Positions 61,792-64,000 of a stretch of DNA of 64,000 nucleotides are shown here, one piece after another (the first letter of the stretch is position 1; every line of letters starts with the position of its first letter). The position numbers were made by a program, and so were the translations under genes. The notes under the pieces are model-generated. The model had not been told where the DNA came from. It did not search any database and was given only the letters and a program-made list of their open reading frames with translations. The DNA comes from Candidatus Enterousia sp. (GTDB lineage: Bacteria; Pseudomonadota; Alphaproteobacteria; Rs-D84): assembly GCA_045593685.1 (NCBI GenBank), contig JAZNXD010000027.1, positions 29,569 through 93,568 of the forward strand, written 5' to 3'.

Positions 61792-62355
61792 ATGCCAAGT
61801 AAAAAATTAGATTTTAAAGCGGGACAATATGTTGTTTATCCAACCCAGGGCGTTGGAAAGTTGTTGCGTATAGAAGAACAAACAGTCGCCGGTCAAAAGA
61901 TAAAAATGTTGGTGATTGATTTTGAACGTAATCATATGACATTGCGCGTTCCGGTTGAACGTGCGGAAATTTCGGGATTACGTCCGTTGACGTCTGCCAA
62001 GAAAATGGACGAAGCGATTGCTTCTGCCAAGGGCAAGGCCGGTGCCAAGCGTATGATTTGGGCACGTCGTGCGGCACAGTACGAAGAAAATATTAATTCG
62101 GGCGATCCGATGCGGTTGGCCGAAGTGGTGCGTGATTTGCAGCGGCGCAGTGCGGCGGATACTATGACTTTTTCTGCGCGACAGTTGTATTTACGTGCCT
62201 TGGAACGTATGGCCCAGGAATTTGCCGTTTTGCACAAGATTGATTTGGATGCGGCTTCGGATAAAATTGAAGATATTTTGGGTGTGCCCAAGGAAATAGA
62301 TTTAAATGCCGTCGAAGTGGAAGATGAAGAAGATATTGAAGACGAAGAAGTTTAA
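61792..62355 (+). CDS. carD: CarD/CdnL-family RNA-polymerase-binding regulator with an acidic tail
   Basis: FKAGQYVVYPTQGVGKLLRIEEQTVAGQKIKMLVIDF is the Tudor-like RNAP-interaction domain. Confidence 0.9.
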   Translation: MPSKKLDFKAGQYVVYPTQGVGKLLRIEEQTVAGQKIKMLVIDFERNHMTLRVPVERAEISGLRPLTSAKKMDEAIASAKGKAGAKRMIWARRAAQYEENINSGDPMRLAEVVRDLQRRSAADTMTFSARQLYLRALERMAQEFAVLHKIDLDAASDKIEDILGVPKEIDLNAVEVEDEEDIEDEEV

Positions 62356-62390
62356 ACATTAACCGTCCATTTTGGACGGTTTTTTATTAA

Positions 62391-62416
62391 GAAATCCCCC
62401 GGTTGGGGGATTTTTT
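62391..62416. terminator. Terminator of typA (ATCCCCC-GGTT-GGGGGAT family), next to the carD terminator at 62361-62388
   Basis: GAAATCCCCCGGTTGGGGGATTTTTT overlaps the typA stop. The adjacent hairpin AACCGTCCA-TTT-TGGACGGTT plus a T-run serves carD. Confidence 0.65.
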
Positions 62417-64000
62417 ATTCTTCGGTATGTTTCTTTAATTTTTTACGTGTATTGCTGTCCAGTTCTTTTTTACGCAGACGAATAGTATCCGGTGTTACTT
62501 CGACCAATTCGTCGTCCAGGATATAGGACAGCGCTTCTTCCAATGAAATGCGACGTGGTGGCGCCAGGAACAATTTTTCATCCGCCGTAACCGATCGCAT
62601 GTTTGTTAATTCTTTTCCCTTGATCGGATTTACTTCCAGGTCATTTTCTTTGCTGTGTTCGCCGATAATCATGCCGGAGTAAACTTCGGTCTGGGGGTCG
62701 ATGAACAGTGTGCCGCGGGGTTGCAGATTAAATAAAGCATACGTGGCGGCGGAACCTTTTTCCATCGATACCAATACGCCCGGGCGATATTGTTGGATTG
62801 CACCACGATATAAATCATATTTGTCAAATACGCGGTTCATAATACCTGTGCCGCGTGTGTCGGTGCGGAATTCTGACAGATATCCAATCAGACCACGTGA
62901 AGGTGCCGAAAATACAATGCGTGTCTTGCCGGCGCCCGAAGCCTTCATTTCTGTGATTGTTGCCTTGCGCTTGGTCATTTTTTCAATGACAACGCCGGAA
63001 AATTCGTCGTCAACGTCAATAACAACATCTTCGATTGGTTCCAGTTTTTCGCCATTTTCGTTTGTTTGCATAACAACGCGTGGGCGACTGACGCTTAATT
63101 CAAAACCTTCGCGACGCATTGTTTCAATTAGAATACCCAGTTGTAATTCTCCGCGGCCGGAAACTTCGAATGCTTCGTTGTTTTCGCTTTGTTCAACACG
63201 CAGGGCGATGTTTGTTTCTGCTTCTTTGAACAGGCGTTCACCAATCATGCGGGATGTTAATTTTTTACCGGATTTACCCGCCAGGGGTGATGTGTTTACG
63301 AAAAATGTCATGGTCAGGGTTGGTGGGTCAATCGGCATTGCCGGGATTGGTTCGGTAACGGATGGATCGCATAATGTGTCCGCCACGGTTGCCTTGGAAA
63401 AGCCCGCAACGACAACGATGTCGCCCGCGGATGCGGTGTCGCGTGATACCTTTTCTACACCGCGATGTTCAATAATTTTTGTGATTTTGGCATTTTCAAT
63501 AAATTCGCCGTTGCGATTGATTGCCTTGACCGATTGGCCGACGCGAACCGTACCGGATTCAATTTTTCCGGTCAGAATACGTCCGACGTATGGGTCGGCC
63601 TCTAATGTTGTGGCCAGCATGGTAAACGGTGCGTCTAGTTGACAGCGCGTACCATTGCAATCAGGGGCGGGGACATGATCCACAATTAATTGAAACAGTG
63701 GTGTTAAATCTTTGCGTTCGTCATTTAAATCGCGTACCGCCCATCCGTCGCGGCCGACAGAATACAGGTACGGAAAGTCCAGTTGGGAATCTGTTGCGCC
63801 CAGTTTGTCGAATAAATCAAACGTTTCAGACAGAACTTCGTCGGGGCGTGCATCCGAACGATCAATTTTGTTGATGCAAACTATTGGACGTAGCCCCAGT
63901 TTTAATGCCTTGAATAATACGAACTTGGTTTGGGGCAGGGGACCTTCGGAACTGTCCACCAACAGGACCACGCCATCGACCATGGACAAGATACGTTCTA
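62415..64000 (-). CDS. typA: Translational GTPase TypA/BipA (N-terminus beyond the right edge)
   Basis: ..ERILSMVDGVVLLVDSSEGPLPQTKFV...NKIDR are G-domain blocks, followed by EF-G-like domains. The frame stays open to position 64000. Confidence 0.9.
   Translation of the reverse strand, partial: ERILSMVDGVVLLVDSSEGPLPQTKFVLFKALKLGLRPIVCINKIDRSDARPDEVLSETFDLFDKLGATDSQLDFPYLYSVGRDGWAVRDLNDERKDLTPLFQLIVDHVPAPDCNGTRCQLDAPFTMLATTLEADPYVGRILTGKIESGTVRVGQSVKAINRNGEFIENAKITKIIEHRGVEKVSRDTASAGDIVVVAGFSKATVADTLCDPSVTEPIPAMPIDPPTLTMTFFVNTSPLAGKSGKKLTSRMIGERLFKEAETNIALRVEQSENNEAFEVSGRGELQLGILIETMRREGFELSVSRPRVVMQTNENGEKLEPIEDVVIDVDDEFSGVVIEKMTKRKATITEMKASGAGKTRIVFSAPSRGLIGYLSEFRTDTRGTGIMNRVFDKYDLYRGAIQQYRPGVLVSMEKGSAATYALFNLQPRGTLFIDPQTEVYSGMIIGEHSKENDLEVNPIKGKELTNMRSVTADEKLFLAPPRRISLEEALSYILDDELVEVTPDTIRLRKKELDSNTRKKLKKHTEE

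Noticed and set aside
62701-63642. 313-aa ORF on the plus strand
   Set aside because: It is antisense to typA/bipA, which has clear GTPase motifs.
1-64000. CRISPR arrays, rRNA operons, IS elements, transposases, integrases, prophage blocks
   Set aside because: I found no regularly spaced direct repeats, no rRNA-like conserved stretches, and no ORF with DDE, tyrosine- or serine-recombinase or phage structural motifs. The tRNA-associated duplications lack any recombinase gene.

Overview
This is a moderately AT-rich chromosomal window from a Gram-negative bacterium. The gene content points to an alphaproteobacterium-like, probably host-associated organism; this is an inference, since no database search was possible. 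Supporting genes are a CcrM-type DPPYNLQL methyltransferase, CarD/CdnL, NrdR, LptC/LptB, BamE, Slt, CtpA, two autotransporters, a VirB11-like ATPase and many ORFan secreted proteins.

I call about 60 CDS and 4 tRNAs (Ala-UGC, Gln-CUG, Pro-GGG, Leu-CAA). I see no rRNA, CRISPR array, transposase or integrase.

Housekeeping genes are rpsF-rpsR-rplI, rpsU, ssb, rnhB-pgk, grpE, tpiA, lptB, ctpA, tyrS, rpmB, clpB, a nifJ-type PFOR, carD and typA. They are interleaved with accessory or ORFan genes.

The most system-like accessory loci are:
- A strongly promoted 90-aa Cys-containing acidic peptide gene, then an attenuator-like hairpin, then a non-SPASM radical SAM enzyme (41768-43228). This is a candidate minimal RiPP-like cassette.
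- A translationally coupled pair of secreted proteins: a glycine-zipper helical protein and a protein with a C-terminal YkuD/Tlde1-like L,D-transpeptidase-fold motif that carries a G8 tract (23474-25611). A convergent glycine-zipper membrane protein sits next to them.
- tRNA-Gln and tRNA-Pro each followed by a duplicated copy of their own 3' end. These look like relic att sites.
- Two small ORFs below the cut-off of the supplied ORF track. Each has its own promoter and terminator: a 35-aa Cys/Lys-rich peptide and a 52-aa ORF upstream of PFOR.
- An orphan VirB11-like ATPase.
- A MotA/MotB-like stator pair with a coiled-coil partner at the left edge.

Intrinsic terminators built on an ATCCCC(C)-N4-GGGG(G)AT stem recur throughout. 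All functional calls rest on motif recognition by eye, not on searches.
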